A DNA stretch of 39,800 nt. Source: a virus (lineage: Duplodnaviria; Caudoviricetes). Both the position numbers and the translations under genes were made by a program. Below the pieces are notes generated by a model, which saw only the letters and a program-made list of their open reading frames with translations, ran no database searches and had not been told where the DNA came from. Location: positions 1 to 39,800 of the IMG/VR virus record IMGVR_UViG_3300042366_000324; one strand, given 5' to 3'. Shown here one piece after another: positions 10,216 to 20,283 of the stretch (its first letter is position 1; every line of letters begins with the position of its first letter).

Positions 10216-11304
10216 TTACACAGCCGCTGTATAGCCGCCCATACCCAGAAGTTCAAGAACATCCTGAGCCGGGTCGGAACCACGCACCGCAGCCGAAGCC
10301 GAAACAGCCTGACGGGCCGGGGTAACACCCAACTCCAACAACAACTGCTCCAACTGCTTCTGCGCCTGCAACTGTGCCGTCTGCTGGGCAAACTGACGTT
10401 CGGCGTCACGCTGAGCGATAGCCGACAAAGCCTGCTGGCGGGCAACCTCAGCCTGAGACAACATCCCAGCCCTCTGCTGCCCCAGCGTTGTGGTCGCCAA
10501 ATTACGAGCCATCTGAGCCTCCCGCTGACGAGACGTCTGAGCCTCCCCAGAAGCCCCAGACAGAATGTCAACCAGATTACGGAACGCCGCAGCACCACCC
10601 TCACGGGAAGCCTGCTCTGCCGCCACCTGTGCCTGAACCTCGGGGCCAGCGGCACCGTAAGCCTGCAAGAACTGCTCCATCGGGTTGGTCGTCAGACCAG
10701 CCTGAACCTGCATCCCGGCGTAAGGGTTGCTTGCTGTGCGAGCCAGATAGTTCACCAACTCGTCGTAACCCTCACCCGTAAGACGCTGTGCCTCGCCATA
10801 GCCGCCCTCAATGCCCTGAAGCGCACGGGCGTAAGACGACTCCACGTCGCCACGCTCTGCGCCAGCAATCTGAGCCAAAGCACCAGCCAACCGGTCATAC
10901 CCAGCATTAACACCGCCACTCGCCAAATAGTTTTGAATAGCGCTTTGCTGAGCAGCACGATCAGCACGTTCGTCACGATACTTCCGTGCAGCCAACTGAT
11001 CGCTAGCAGACACTCCAGTACCCGTTCCACCAAAGTTCAAACCTGCATACGGATTGGCAATGTCGATGTTGCTTCCAGCCGAAGCGGCATCAGCCTCAGC
11101 ATTCGGATAAAAGTAGTCACGCATCTCTGGCGACATACCAGCCGAATACAGCGGGCCCGCAGCCGTAAGAGTCTGCTGATACGCAGCCTGTTCCGCTGGC
11201 GTCATACCCGTATCAAAATACGATGGCCCAACCAACTTGATCTTATTGCGAACCTGCTCCGCAAACCGTTCCTTCGGATCGTAAATCTGAACACCTGTAG
11301 ACAT
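10216..11304 (-). CDS. Putative internal virion protein (362 aa)
   Basis: Ala/Gln/Gly-rich helical ORF; synteny. Confidence 0.6.
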   Translation of the reverse strand: MSTGVQIYDPKERFAEQVRNKIKLVGPSYFDTGMTPAEQAAYQQTLTAAGPLYSAGMSPEMRDYFYPNAEADAASAGSNIDIANPYAGLNFGGTGTGVSASDQLAARKYRDERADRAAQQSAIQNYLASGGVNAGYDRLAGALAQIAGAERGDVESSYARALQGIEGGYGEAQRLTGEGYDELVNYLARTASNPYAGMQVQAGLTTNPMEQFLQAYGAAGPEVQAQVAAEQASREGGAAAFRNLVDILSGASGEAQTSRQREAQMARNLATTTLGQQRAGMLSQAEVARQQALSAIAQRDAERQFAQQTAQLQAQKQLEQLLLELGVTPARQAVSASAAVRGSDPAQDVLELLGMGGYTAAV

Positions 11305-11738
11305 TACAATGCTCCTGCTCTGTAGGCCAGAATGTCACGTGCACTCTGGGCAATTTCCCGTGCCTTCTCCGCTTCCAAATCCGACAACGCAGACTGGAAC
11401 ATCTCTTGACGACGCCTCTCAGCCAAGTCGTAACCAAACGCCGACTCCTGCAACTGGCGTTCCAAATCAGCCTGCTGACGAATACGCTGCTGCGCAAACT
11501 CCTGAAGCGCACGGGTAGTAATACCCGAGCGCATACCCGGACCAACAAGATTACGACGAGAATATGCGCCCACAAGACGGGGGGCGGACTTCTCGTACTC
11601 ACGGGTCAAATCTGCGACGTTGCGTTGACCACGTTGCTGTGACACAAACTGTTGGTACGCATTCATTGCGCCTTCGGCGGCATAGTTTTGCATCAACCCA
11701 CGCCGACGAGCCTCATACATGCTCGGATCGTACGCCAT
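11304..11738 (-). CDS. Putative small internal virion protein (144 aa)
   Basis: YSRRNLVGPGMRSGI motif followed by a Gln/Glu helix; synteny; coupled start/stop. Confidence 0.6.
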   Translation of the reverse strand: MAYDPSMYEARRRGLMQNYAAEGAMNAYQQFVSQQRGQRNVADLTREYEKSAPRLVGAYSRRNLVGPGMRSGITTRALQEFAQQRIRQQADLERQLQESAFGYDLAERRRQEMFQSALSDLEAEKAREIAQSARDILAYRAGAL

Positions 11739-11923
11739 TACCTTCTCCCTCGGCTCATCATGTTTCTGTACGTTCTTTCCTGCTGTTCGCTCTTCAAAAT
11801 GTCAACCTCAAGACGCAACTCGTAAATCTCCCGAGTCAACGCAGACACAATCGCACGGATCGCCGTAGCGTCCTCCGACCGCAAGTTTGTGATCGCAGGG
11901 ATAGACAGTTCTTCACGCCTCAT
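11738..11923 (-). CDS. Small hypothetical virion-module protein (61 aa)
   Basis: Fills the gap with overlapping start/stop codons on both sides. Confidence 0.65.
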   Translation of the reverse strand: MRREELSIPAITNLRSEDATAIRAIVSALTREIYELRLEVDILKSEQQERTYRNMMSRGRR

Positions 11924-13536
11924 CCCGTCACCTTCCTGTCGTTGTACTTATAGGTGATGCTGTCAATACCCCAATAACCACCAACGGGACCAGTAAACAG
12001 AATCTGGACCGCCCTAGCGAGTCCAAGATTCGAACCTTTGATAACTTGTGCGCCCTGCGCAACAAGACCCCAGTTGTCTTGACCCCATAGACCGTAACCC
12101 CAAAGCATTCCAGAAGATGAAGCAGGGAGCGCCAAATTGAAGTTCTTGCGCTCGTTACCGGGGGCTTCCTCAAAGTTGTGGAACACCCTCACGTTCACCA
12201 ACCGACTGGTGTCTACCTGCTTCACAACAAAGTCCGGGCGACGCCACATCTTCCGTGTCGAATACGTCCGACCGTCGACCCAGCCAGTCCGATAATAAGA
12301 CTGAAACCCAACATCCTGACCATTGATCCGGTCAAGTTCTTCCGTGTACATGTCAACCTGCAGCACACGCTTCAGCGTGGGGTGAACCATGTAGTGCCTA
12401 GTGACACCATCAGAGTTAGTGAAGTCGCATCCGCCGACCGGCGCATAGCCGTCGGCAGACCTGAAAGCAACCCACGAACCATCGCCAATGGACGGATCGA
12501 ACACAAAAGCCCACGTCGGAACCGACTCAAGCGATGTGCGAGAGAACGGAAGCGAAACCCATACACGACGGTTCACGTACGACACATAAATCTTGTCGTC
12601 TGCCGCAGAGTTAATGTAGCCCTCCGGGTACATCGGCCTAAGATTAGTAAACACATCAAAGATGTTTGTCCCGTTGTAATAGTGCAAACCCTGTGGGTGA
12701 GAGTAAAAGTACACACCGGTTTCCGACACAGCAATGTGATCGTGAGACATTGCACCCAACTTTGCCGACAACTGTACAATCTGGAAGTCGTCACGGGTGT
12801 ACCCGTAGACGACAAAGATTGCGTTCTTTTTGAACACAATCAATTGACCGCCCACAGACGCCAAACCCGTAATGCCATCTCCACCAGACTCAAAGTCAAA
12901 GTAGTCGTCCTCATCCCAGTTGTCCGGGATTGCTTCCAACGAGAACCGAACACGGTTCGGATATCGAACGCTTGCTTCGGTTGTGTCCGCAACAAACATC
13001 TTATTTGCGTGAACCAGAACATGCTCTGCGGTTGGCATCTTGTGTGCAGACGGATCTGGTGAAGCCTGCCACGCATTCGGGCTTACGCCCGATGCCGTCA
13101 AAGCAGTCGCATACGTAGAAGCGGTATTCCAAACGTATCCACCGTTGCCAGACTGACCCGAGGTCATGTACAGATACTTGCCCCATTGAGCCATGCAGGC
13201 ACCGTGGGTTGTAGACGATGTGACCGGCACCCCGGCAGACAGTTGAAGTTCCGTAAAGTTTGAACCACTCGAATGGTACACACGGCTGTTTGCAGCAAGC
13301 ATCAACCTTGGGGACTCACCTTGAAACGGAAACAACTTGTCCGGGTGCCAATCACCAGCACCGATATCGGTAGTGTTGATTTCACGCATAGCACCACGGG
13401 TAAACAATCCGCCACGTGGATCAATCTCCACATTCAACATGTCTGGAGATTCGTTGCGCTCCAACTGAAACTGGTCTGCTCGAAGGTTCAGGCCACCAGT
13501 AAAATCATCGTATCGTTCGATCGAGACGTTGCTCAT
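11920..13536 (-). CDS. Tail nozzle / tail tubular protein B-like (beta-propeller)
   Basis: N-terminal DFTGGLN and MLNVEIDPRGGLFTRG motifs; beta-rich; GDGITGL..GGQLIVFKKNAI pattern of podovirus nozzle proteins. Confidence 0.75.
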   Translation of the reverse strand: MSNVSIERYDDFTGGLNLRADQFQLERNESPDMLNVEIDPRGGLFTRGAMREINTTDIGAGDWHPDKLFPFQGESPRLMLAANSRVYHSSGSNFTELQLSAGVPVTSSTTHGACMAQWGKYLYMTSGQSGNGGYVWNTASTYATALTASGVSPNAWQASPDPSAHKMPTAEHVLVHANKMFVADTTEASVRYPNRVRFSLEAIPDNWDEDDYFDFESGGDGITGLASVGGQLIVFKKNAIFVVYGYTRDDFQIVQLSAKLGAMSHDHIAVSETGVYFYSHPQGLHYYNGTNIFDVFTNLRPMYPEGYINSAADDKIYVSYVNRRVWVSLPFSRTSLESVPTWAFVFDPSIGDGSWVAFRSADGYAPVGGCDFTNSDGVTRHYMVHPTLKRVLQVDMYTEELDRINGQDVGFQSYYRTGWVDGRTYSTRKMWRRPDFVVKQVDTSRLVNVRVFHNFEEAPGNERKNFNLALPASSSGMLWGYGLWGQDNWGLVAQGAQVIKGSNLGLARAVQILFTGPVGGYWGIDSITYKYNDRKVTG

Positions 13537-14228
13537 TGTCCAAGAGTCTCACCAAGAGTCTGAAGCCAGCGACGCATCGTCGGGTACCTGCGGCCCGACG
13601 ACATGATCACAGGCTGCGCACTTGACGCCTTCATCAAATCCCGACGTGCCAAACCAACACCCTCTTCAAACGAACGCATATACATGTTCGACAGGTCCGA
13701 ATCCTCCTGTCGCTGATACACACGGGCAATCACAAAGTAAGGCAAAATCCCATGAAACCACTCGTCAATGTCGATTGTTTCTTCTGGGTTATCCAGCCAC
13801 GTGTATACCGGGTTGCGGTATGCACGAACAGTCAACACATACTGGGTGTCGGGCTTTGGGAAGAAATGGATCTTGTCCTCCCAAATAGAAAAGAAATAGG
13901 GCCGTGACGGCGTGTCCGTGTTTCCAAGCCAAACATCCTCGGCATTGTCATACGAAATCAACGTAAGACGACTCCCCGAGTCGCTGGTATCAACAACCGA
14001 AATAATCTCACGAATGTCACCGATGTTCTCGATGTTGTACGCTCGCTGATTAGCGACCGTACGCAAAGCGTAACTCTTCTGCAAATAAGGCCAGCGGCGC
14101 TCAAGGCTATAAATGCGCTGGAACCCTTCCTTGGCGAACTGGTCAATCACCGAGTTCGGCAAATCGACCTCATCCAAGTCAACCATGTTGCGAACCTGTG
14201 TCCGCAATTGATTCAGCGTTATTGCCAC
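13533..14228 (-). CDS. Head-tail adaptor / tail tubular protein A-like
   Basis: TLNQLRTQVR N-terminus, RWPYL, FFPKPD and FH..LPYF motifs; lies between capsid and nozzle. Confidence 0.75.
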   Translation of the reverse strand: MAITLNQLRTQVRNMVDLDEVDLPNSVIDQFAKEGFQRIYSLERRWPYLQKSYALRTVANQRAYNIENIGDIREIISVVDTSDSGSRLTLISYDNAEDVWLGNTDTPSRPYFFSIWEDKIHFFPKPDTQYVLTVRAYRNPVYTWLDNPEETIDIDEWFHGILPYFVIARVYQRQEDSDLSNMYMRSFEEGVGLARRDLMKASSAQPVIMSSGRRYPTMRRWLQTLGETLGQ

Positions 14229-14440
14229 TAGATTTCCTTCTTAGACCGCAAATGGCCAACGCAATAGTCGGTTCCCTTAGCCTTCGGGCCTTCACAAGTG
14301 TCATCGTTGGCGATGCAACGGTTACGCCCGATATACGGCGCAGAAGCCGCCGCTATTCGGGCACCATCGGTATGGGCTAGACGTTGCCCAGTAACCGGGG
14401 CTCCGTACAGGGTGTGGGCAGGGACAGCGTTTTTCATCAT
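14228..14440 (-). CDS. Small Cys/His zinc-binding protein
   Basis: RNRC-x6-C...YCVGH; has its own GTAAC element upstream. Confidence 0.6.
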   Translation of the reverse strand: MMKNAVPAHTLYGAPVTGQRLAHTDGARIAAASAPYIGRNRCIANDDTCEGPKAKGTDYCVGHLRSKKEI

Positions 14441-14465
14441 CACCCTTTAGAGTCGTTTGTTACCT

Positions 14466-14502
14466 GAAAACAGAAAGAGCCGGGGCCCCGAAGGACCCCG
14501 GC
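14466..14502 (-). terminator. Rho-independent terminator after the major capsid gene
   Basis: Minus strand GCCGGGGTCC-TTCG-GGGCCCCGGC followed by TCTTTCTGTTTTC. Confidence 0.85.
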
Positions 14503-14521
14503 CCAGTTCCTAGCCTTGACC

Positions 14522-15460
14522 TTAGGCGGTCTTGGCGGTCAACTTGCCCTGCTTCGCAGCGTTGCGAACGGTCAGGTTGCCGTAGCACATGATCAACGCA
14601 TAACGGGCGTCGAGGTTCTCCGGACGGACAAACTCCGTCTGAGCGAACCACTTGTCCGAGTGACCAACCAGCGACAGGTACTTGCTGTTGAGGAAGTACA
14701 CAACGCCAGCGGTGCAATGCGTGTCGTACACCACCGGTGCAGCCTTGAACAGCAGGTTCTGGAATCCAGCATCTGCAGTCTTGGTGTCCGTGTAGCGCAA
14801 CTGCGGCTGGAGCAGCGACTCATACTTCTCGAAGAGAGTCTGGGTCGTGAGCACCATGTCCGGGTGGTCGTTGCCCACCGAAACGCTGTTGTACGCCGTG
14901 GCCATCTGTGCGAGGGTCAAAGCACCAGCGGTGTTCTCCTCGTACGAACGCCAGTATTCGTTTCCTGCGGTTGCACGGTTGATTCCACCGACAGTACCGG
15001 AGGCTTCGACGATGTTGCCGAGGCCGTTCCAGTTCTTGCCGCTGTTGCCCGTACCGTCACCGAAGAACATCTGGTTAAAGCCTTCACGCATCGACTCTTC
15101 AGCCTGCATGATCTTGGCTTCGAGCAGGTTGATAACTTCCTGCTCACCGTTGTTCTTCGCCTCTTCGATACCCGAGATGGCGATGGATGCAGCGTACTGC
15201 TTCCAGTCGTACTCGGCAGCCGAAATACCGCTTTGAGCGGTCAGCGAAATCGTGTCGTAACCTGAGTACGAAGCGACCGTGCTGTTCTGGCCGTAGATGA
15301 GGGGCTCAACGATCTTGGTACCACCGTTGAGCATACGGATACGACCCTTGTCCATGAGGAAATAGGTCAGCGGACGTGCGGTAAACACGTTGTCCGTCAA
15401 CTGCTTGCGGTAGTTCGCAAGCGTCGTTGACAGAAGGGTGTCAAAGTTTGGGTTTGCCAT
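14522..15460 (-). CDS. Major capsid protein (Bordetella phage BPP-1 Bbp17-like)
   Basis: STTL..DNV, GGTKI.EPL.Y, YSGYD, ISAAEYDWKQ..SI.ISG.E..N.G, LLEAK, FGDGTG motifs; SD AAGGAG; terminator downstream. Confidence 0.9.
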   Translation of the reverse strand: MANPNFDTLLSTTLANYRKQLTDNVFTARPLTYFLMDKGRIRMLNGGTKIVEPLIYGQNSTVASYSGYDTISLTAQSGISAAEYDWKQYAASIAISGIEEAKNNGEQEVINLLEAKIMQAEESMREGFNQMFFGDGTGNSGKNWNGLGNIVEASGTVGGINRATAGNEYWRSYEENTAGALTLAQMATAYNSVSVGNDHPDMVLTTQTLFEKYESLLQPQLRYTDTKTADAGFQNLLFKAAPVVYDTHCTAGVVYFLNSKYLSLVGHSDKWFAQTEFVRPENLDARYALIMCYGNLTVRNAAKQGKLTAKTA

Positions 15461-15482
15461 GAATTACTCCTTAGTAAGAGTG

Positions 15483-16274
15483 CTAGACGTCGATCTGCCG
15501 TTTGGCGGCATCCCAAGCGTCTCGCAACGATGTGATGGGTCTAGCGGACACATCTGCGCTTGACGCCGAAGAACCGCCACTCGCAACCGCCGCTTGACGC
15601 TTAGCATCTGTGATCTGCTGTGTTTCGCCCGCCTTCTTCTCACGAATCTGGCGAACTGCACGAGCCTCTTCAAATACCTTGTCAAAAGCGATCTGCTTGT
15701 AGACGGCTTCAAGATCGGTGGAGCCAATGGCCAAAGCCTTGGCGACGACCTCGTTAGCGTCAAAATCAGAACCGTACCGCTGTTCCAGCGACTTGACAGT
15801 CCGTTCCAACTCGTCCATTGCCTTCTGTTGTTCAAAGGCTTGAACTCGCTGTTCCAACTGTCGGTACTGCTTTTCAACCGGGTCCATGTACAGTTCCTCT
15901 TCTTCCGAAGCGGCTTGCTGTGCCAGACCGTAATGCTGTGTAAGCAGGTCCAAGGTTTCCTTCGGGTTCTTCTGCAGGGCTTCCTGCAGCGCCACACCAA
16001 ACTGTGCCTGTCGCCGTTGCTCGCTGAGTTCCTGCGTCTTGCGGGTATAGTCCGCCTGACGCTGGTATCCAGAGAGCGCCTCTTTCAGAGGAACACGAAC
16101 CTCCTCGCCATCAACGGTTACGGCAACATACTTGTCACCAAACTCATCAACGGGAAGCAGTTCAATCTGTTCATCCGTGAGGGCGTCAACTGCGTCCTGT
16201 ACCTCTTGAGATTGTCCCAGTTCTCCGACCGGGGTCTCTTCGACCAGAACCTCGTTGCTATCAATGTCACTCAT
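15483..16274 (-). CDS. Capsid scaffolding protein
   Basis: Acidic; VTVDGEE..VPLKE...GYQRQADYTRKTQELSEQRR motif; between portal and capsid; SD GGAGG. Confidence 0.85.
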   Translation of the reverse strand: MSDIDSNEVLVEETPVGELGQSQEVQDAVDALTDEQIELLPVDEFGDKYVAVTVDGEEVRVPLKEALSGYQRQADYTRKTQELSEQRRQAQFGVALQEALQKNPKETLDLLTQHYGLAQQAASEEEELYMDPVEKQYRQLEQRVQAFEQQKAMDELERTVKSLEQRYGSDFDANEVVAKALAIGSTDLEAVYKQIAFDKVFEEARAVRQIREKKAGETQQITDAKRQAAVASGGSSASSADVSARPITSLRDAWDAAKRQIDV

Positions 16275-16318
16275 TATCAGAGTCCTCCAAGGGTTGCTCT
16301 ATTTAGTGGGTTTCTTCG

Positions 16319-18145
16319 TTACATGCCTTCTGGCGGTAACTGCGTGTTAGGCAGCGGTGCACCCGATGCCAACAACTGAGCCAGAATCTCTGGCGGAATA
16401 TTTGTGGGCAATGGCATGCCACCCGTAGGCAGACCCTCCATGCCAGCCGGAGGCCCAGCAGGGGCCATCTGAGGCGGCATACCGCCCTGTGGAGCCGCTG
16501 GAGCCCCCTCGGGGCCCATCGGCATCTGAGGCATCGGCATAACGAACGATGCAGCATTCTTGATACCAAACCCGTACTGAAGCACGTAGTTGGCCAACTT
16601 CGGCATGTCAATGATGCCTTGACCAGCAAACGGAGCCATGGCGTCCACAACCTGCAGGGCCATTTGGCGACGGAACGACTCGTTCACCGGGGCAGTCGAG
16701 CCACCCTCAACCTCAAAGTCAAACTCGCCCGTCACATAGTCACGGTCAAAGTTCACCCAAGCCGGAACATCCGACTCGCCGATGATCCGAATCACCTGCT
16801 CGCCGGTCATGTACTGCTGTGCCAGCATCACAAGACGACGGGCACAATCGGCGATGGTGCGCTCAATGGCAGCCAACTTGTCCGAAGCACGGGCATTGGC
16901 GGCATCCTGAGCGATCGCCGCTTCTGTGGCCGTACGGCGAATCTCTGGCAAGGCTCCACGCATATACTCCGAGACACCCGACACACGGTCAATGTCAGAC
17001 GAGATCAAGGTCGACTGGTTGTAAAACTCGGGTGGGCTGATTACCGCAGGCATTGGTGCCACCACGTTGCCGAGCCCATCTTCCGAAATAACGGGAACCA
17101 TCACGTTGTCCTCATCGGACTCAAGTGCGCTTCGACCATCAGCGTCGAACGCCGCTTCCTTGAACAGCCACTTGCGAGAGAACCGCTTGCGGTGGTTCAT
17201 CATCTGCGAACGTGTTTCGTTCAACTCTAACTGCAGCGGCTCAATTGCTTCCAGTTCGCCCATCGGGTAGAAGTGCTCCGGGATGTCGTAGTTGCGGAGC
17301 ATAACAAACGGGTGTCCGAAGGCAAACGGGATCTCAAACGGGCTTACAAGAAACTTCTCTCCACCGTCGCAGAACACCGACATCTTGTTGCGCTCGATGT
17401 CGTAAAACTCCCAAACCTCAACGTAGGCGTCTTGCTCGTCGTAACTGTTGCGGGCTCGACGCTTATCGTCGACGCCCCACTTCGAATAATGTGACGGTGC
17501 AGCCTCCGAACGTGCAACCGAGTTGTATCGCTTGTCACGCTTCACATCCTGAAGCGGACGGCGCAAACGCTGAGCAATCCAACGCATGTCGCTAATAGAA
17601 GTTGCGTCCGGATCAACGAACACATCAAAGGGGGAGATGCGCTCAACGAAGGGGCGGTCCTCGGTAATCTTGATTTCTGTCTCCGTGATTGACTCCGGTG
17701 CCGTGGATGCCAAATCATCAGAAAACTCGTACTCGCCTTCGCTCCGCTCAACAAAACGGTAGCCAGTCTTTATCCATCCGTGACCGAGCACAAGCATGTC
17801 CTTGACCGCACGACGAAAATCACGCTGACAGTCATAGTGACGCCACCAGTAGTTCACAATCGCTTCAGTTACAACCGCACGGTCGGCATCGTCGTACTTC
17901 TTTGCATTCACCGTAATCTTCGGGTGATTCACCGAAACGCTCGGAGAAATCACGTTGATGGTTGCAAAAGCAATGTTTACCAACAAGCGATCTTCTTCGC
18001 TTGTGGTGCGATAATGCTTTCCACGGTACAGGTTGATCATTCGTTCCCAGAGGTCGTCGTAGTTTTCTTCACGACGCCACCGCTTAGATTGCTCGATCTT
18101 GTTGCGGTACCGGGTGATCAATTCCCTGTTAGACGTACGTGCCAC
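16319..18145 (-). CDS. Portal protein
   Basis: 608 aa; ERISPFDVFVDP, DRVSGVS..MRG, RRTATEAAI motifs; Pro/Gln/Met-rich tail; follows the terminase. Confidence 0.9.
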   Translation of the reverse strand: MARTSNRELITRYRNKIEQSKRWRREENYDDLWERMINLYRGKHYRTTSEEDRLLVNIAFATINVISPSVSVNHPKITVNAKKYDDADRAVVTEAIVNYWWRHYDCQRDFRRAVKDMLVLGHGWIKTGYRFVERSEGEYEFSDDLASTAPESITETEIKITEDRPFVERISPFDVFVDPDATSISDMRWIAQRLRRPLQDVKRDKRYNSVARSEAAPSHYSKWGVDDKRRARNSYDEQDAYVEVWEFYDIERNKMSVFCDGGEKFLVSPFEIPFAFGHPFVMLRNYDIPEHFYPMGELEAIEPLQLELNETRSQMMNHRKRFSRKWLFKEAAFDADGRSALESDEDNVMVPVISEDGLGNVVAPMPAVISPPEFYNQSTLISSDIDRVSGVSEYMRGALPEIRRTATEAAIAQDAANARASDKLAAIERTIADCARRLVMLAQQYMTGEQVIRIIGESDVPAWVNFDRDYVTGEFDFEVEGGSTAPVNESFRRQMALQVVDAMAPFAGQGIIDMPKLANYVLQYGFGIKNAASFVMPMPQMPMGPEGAPAAPQGGMPPQMAPAGPPAGMEGLPTGGMPLPTNIPPEILAQLLASGAPLPNTQLPPEGM

Positions 18146-18345
18146 TATTCGACCTCTTCCTGTGCTTCATGCCAACCAATGTGCTTATCCAACTTGCTGC
18201 CGATTCTGTCAACCTTGTTGCCAATGTGCTTCAACAGAATTGTGTTGTGAGCGTGTTGATCGGTGTTTTCCTTACGAAGTTTTTGCAGTACCACCACGAC
18301 TGGCCCCGTGATTACAGCAACGACAATAGGGACCAGCCATTCCAC
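18145..18345 (-). CDS. Small membrane protein (one TM helix plus coiled coil), possibly lysis-associated
   Basis: WLVPIVVAVITGPVVVVL hydrophobic N-terminus; KLDKHIGWH C-terminus. Confidence 0.65.
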   Translation of the reverse strand: MEWLVPIVVAVITGPVVVVLQKLRKENTDQHAHNTILLKHIGNKVDRIGSKLDKHIGWHEAQEEVE

Positions 18346-18349
18346 AGCA

Positions 18350-18574
18350 TTACATCCAATTGGTCACGGGTTCAGCGTTGTACCCGTTGATCTTGGCTTG
18401 CTCGACCGTCTGCCTTTGACGCTCTCGGATAGTCGGGCCATGAAAATCCTCTTGGCCATAAGTGAAACCCAAACGTATTGTTTTGACATGGCACTTGAAA
18501 CAAACTTCCCCCCGACGAGGCAATTCCTCGTCAAGAAAGTCACGATTACAATGGATACAGGTGAATTTTCTCAT
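18350..18574 (-). CDS. Small zinc-ribbon protein
   Basis: CIHC...CFKC; GTAAC element 17 nt upstream of ATG. Confidence 0.65.
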   Translation of the reverse strand: MRKFTCIHCNRDFLDEELPRRGEVCFKCHVKTIRLGFTYGQEDFHGPTIRERQRQTVEQAKINGYNAEPVTNWM

Positions 18575-18592
18575 CAATAGACCCCGGAATCG

Positions 18593-20179
18593 TTACTCGA
18601 CCGTGTTATAGGCCCCAATGGGGATACGAGAACCCTTCTCTTCCTTGATAATGAACCGCTCCCACCATTGCAGCGAGTTCCTCTTGGGGGGCAAATCCTT
18701 GCGGTATTCAGGCATCCAAACATACTTGAGCATCTGGTTCGCAATGGCCAGCGACATCACCCGGTCGTCGTGTGGGGAGCCGTGCATCTTGCCATTGGGG
18801 TCTCTCACGAACGTCCGCAACTCTCCGATCGTATTCTTGCAAAACAAGGCCAAAGACTCGTCCCGGATCGATGCATTTAGTTCGTCGATAGCCAGCGGCT
18901 TGGACACGCTGGTTGTTCTCCAACCCATAGTCTCGCTCGCCTTGGGCGACACGTGGTTCATCTTGCGCTGACGGTAAATATTCTGATAGCCAACTCTCTG
19001 CAGGGCCTTTAGGGTGGTCAAACCGTGGTTGTTGGACTCCACGCCAACTAGAGCGTGGTTGAAGAAATACCCCAAGTACATCAACACCGTTTCTCCGAAC
19101 AGGTCTGGGTCAATATGCCCATGCCAATGGGCCACAATCATGCCTGTGTCCGCCGAAATAACGTGTGCAGAACTGAAGTCACCATGCCCTAAACCTTCGG
19201 CGACGTCGGCTCCGACGACGTACGCCTCGTTTATCTCCGGGAAATCCCAAATAGCCAACTCCCCACCGTCGTTCACAAACGAATACGAGTTACGCCCCAA
19301 CCCCGGCTTCAGGTACCCACGCTCTGGTTCGAGCGGATTGATCTCCCTAAGGACGTCCAGATCGAACACAGGTCGGCCCGAGCGGATGAACGCTTCGTCC
19401 GGGTCGGACGGGTACTCTTGCGCCAACTGCCAGTCAGGCAGGTCACGCTTCTTGGTCTCGTACCAAGCATCGTCACGGTCTCCAGCCGACCACGGGAAAA
19501 AAATTCCCTTGAACCGGTTGGTAGCGGTCTGCGACCCCACCCACAATTGGTGGAAGATGTTGCCTTCGCCGTTTGCGGTGCTGAGGCATATAACACGACC
19601 ACCAACGTCTGCAATGGGCTCGATTGATGCCCACGCTTCTTCGGCGTTGGGCAAGAACGCCATTTCGTCAATCACAACCCGATACACCGATTCACCTCGG
19701 GCTGGGTCGTTGCCCGATGGCAAAGACTCGATAGACGAGTCGTTTGCAAACACCATCTTCAACTGGTGGTCTGAAAGCAATTCCGGTCCACGAACACGCA
19801 TCCACGGTGGAAGCATCTTGTACCCGTATTTAGTTTTCTGCAGCAACTTCGCTGCCTCTCGTTCTGTGCGTGAAAGCATGACCGTGAATCTGTCGCCCCA
19901 AAAGAACGACTCCCAAAACACAAACGCTGCAGCCAGCGTCGAAAAACCGATCTGTCGTGCCTTGAGCACGATGCTGTATCGCTCCTCAATCCAAACACGT
20001 GCGGTCTCCTGCTGTGCCTCACGCAACTCAAACTTTATACGCCCACGTTCCGGGTGGCGAATAGTCCAGTAGGTAGAACAAAAGTGAGAGAACGCCTCAA
20101 CCAGTTCTTCTGGTGAAGCGCCCTCTCTACCTTTGCATTTACGCCATTCCCGCTCATTGAGCAGGTCTGTCAATTCCAT
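18593..20179 (-). CDS. terL: Terminase large subunit
   Basis: LKARQIGFST (Walker A region), VVIDEMAF (Walker B), LSTANG, VGADVAEG and HDDRVMSLAIA nuclease motifs. Confidence 0.95.
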   Translation of the reverse strand: MELTDLLNEREWRKCKGREGASPEELVEAFSHFCSTYWTIRHPERGRIKFELREAQQETARVWIEERYSIVLKARQIGFSTLAAAFVFWESFFWGDRFTVMLSRTEREAAKLLQKTKYGYKMLPPWMRVRGPELLSDHQLKMVFANDSSIESLPSGNDPARGESVYRVVIDEMAFLPNAEEAWASIEPIADVGGRVICLSTANGEGNIFHQLWVGSQTATNRFKGIFFPWSAGDRDDAWYETKKRDLPDWQLAQEYPSDPDEAFIRSGRPVFDLDVLREINPLEPERGYLKPGLGRNSYSFVNDGGELAIWDFPEINEAYVVGADVAEGLGHGDFSSAHVISADTGMIVAHWHGHIDPDLFGETVLMYLGYFFNHALVGVESNNHGLTTLKALQRVGYQNIYRQRKMNHVSPKASETMGWRTTSVSKPLAIDELNASIRDESLALFCKNTIGELRTFVRDPNGKMHGSPHDDRVMSLAIANQMLKYVWMPEYRKDLPPKRNSLQWWERFIIKEEKGSRIPIGAYNTVE

Positions 20180-20181
20180 GT

Positions 20182-20283
20182 TTACTTCTTTTTGGCCTTC
20201 TTCTTTGCCTTCTTCTTTGCTTCCGCAGCAGCAGCCATTCCGGCCTTTGTGTACGGGAACTCCTTCTTACCTACCTTTGGCAT
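20182..20283 (-). CDS. 33-aa highly basic peptide (not in ORF track)
   Basis: MPKVGKKEFPYTKAGMAAAAEAKKKAKKKAKKK*; ATG overlaps the holin stop (TAATG); fills the gap to terL. Confidence 0.75.
   Translation of the reverse strand: MPKVGKKEFPYTKAGMAAAAEAKKKAKKKAKKK

Noticed and set aside
884-13062. Long plus-strand ORFs (e.g. 1748-2809, 7649-8932, 8969-10084, 10204-11325)
   Set aside because: Antisense shadows of the GC-biased minus-strand structural genes; no motifs or RBS
14436-14463. GTAAC-N17-GAT read as a host SigD-type promoter
   Set aside because: The GAT would overlap the start codon, putting the TSS inside the gene, and only two copies fit that spacing exactly
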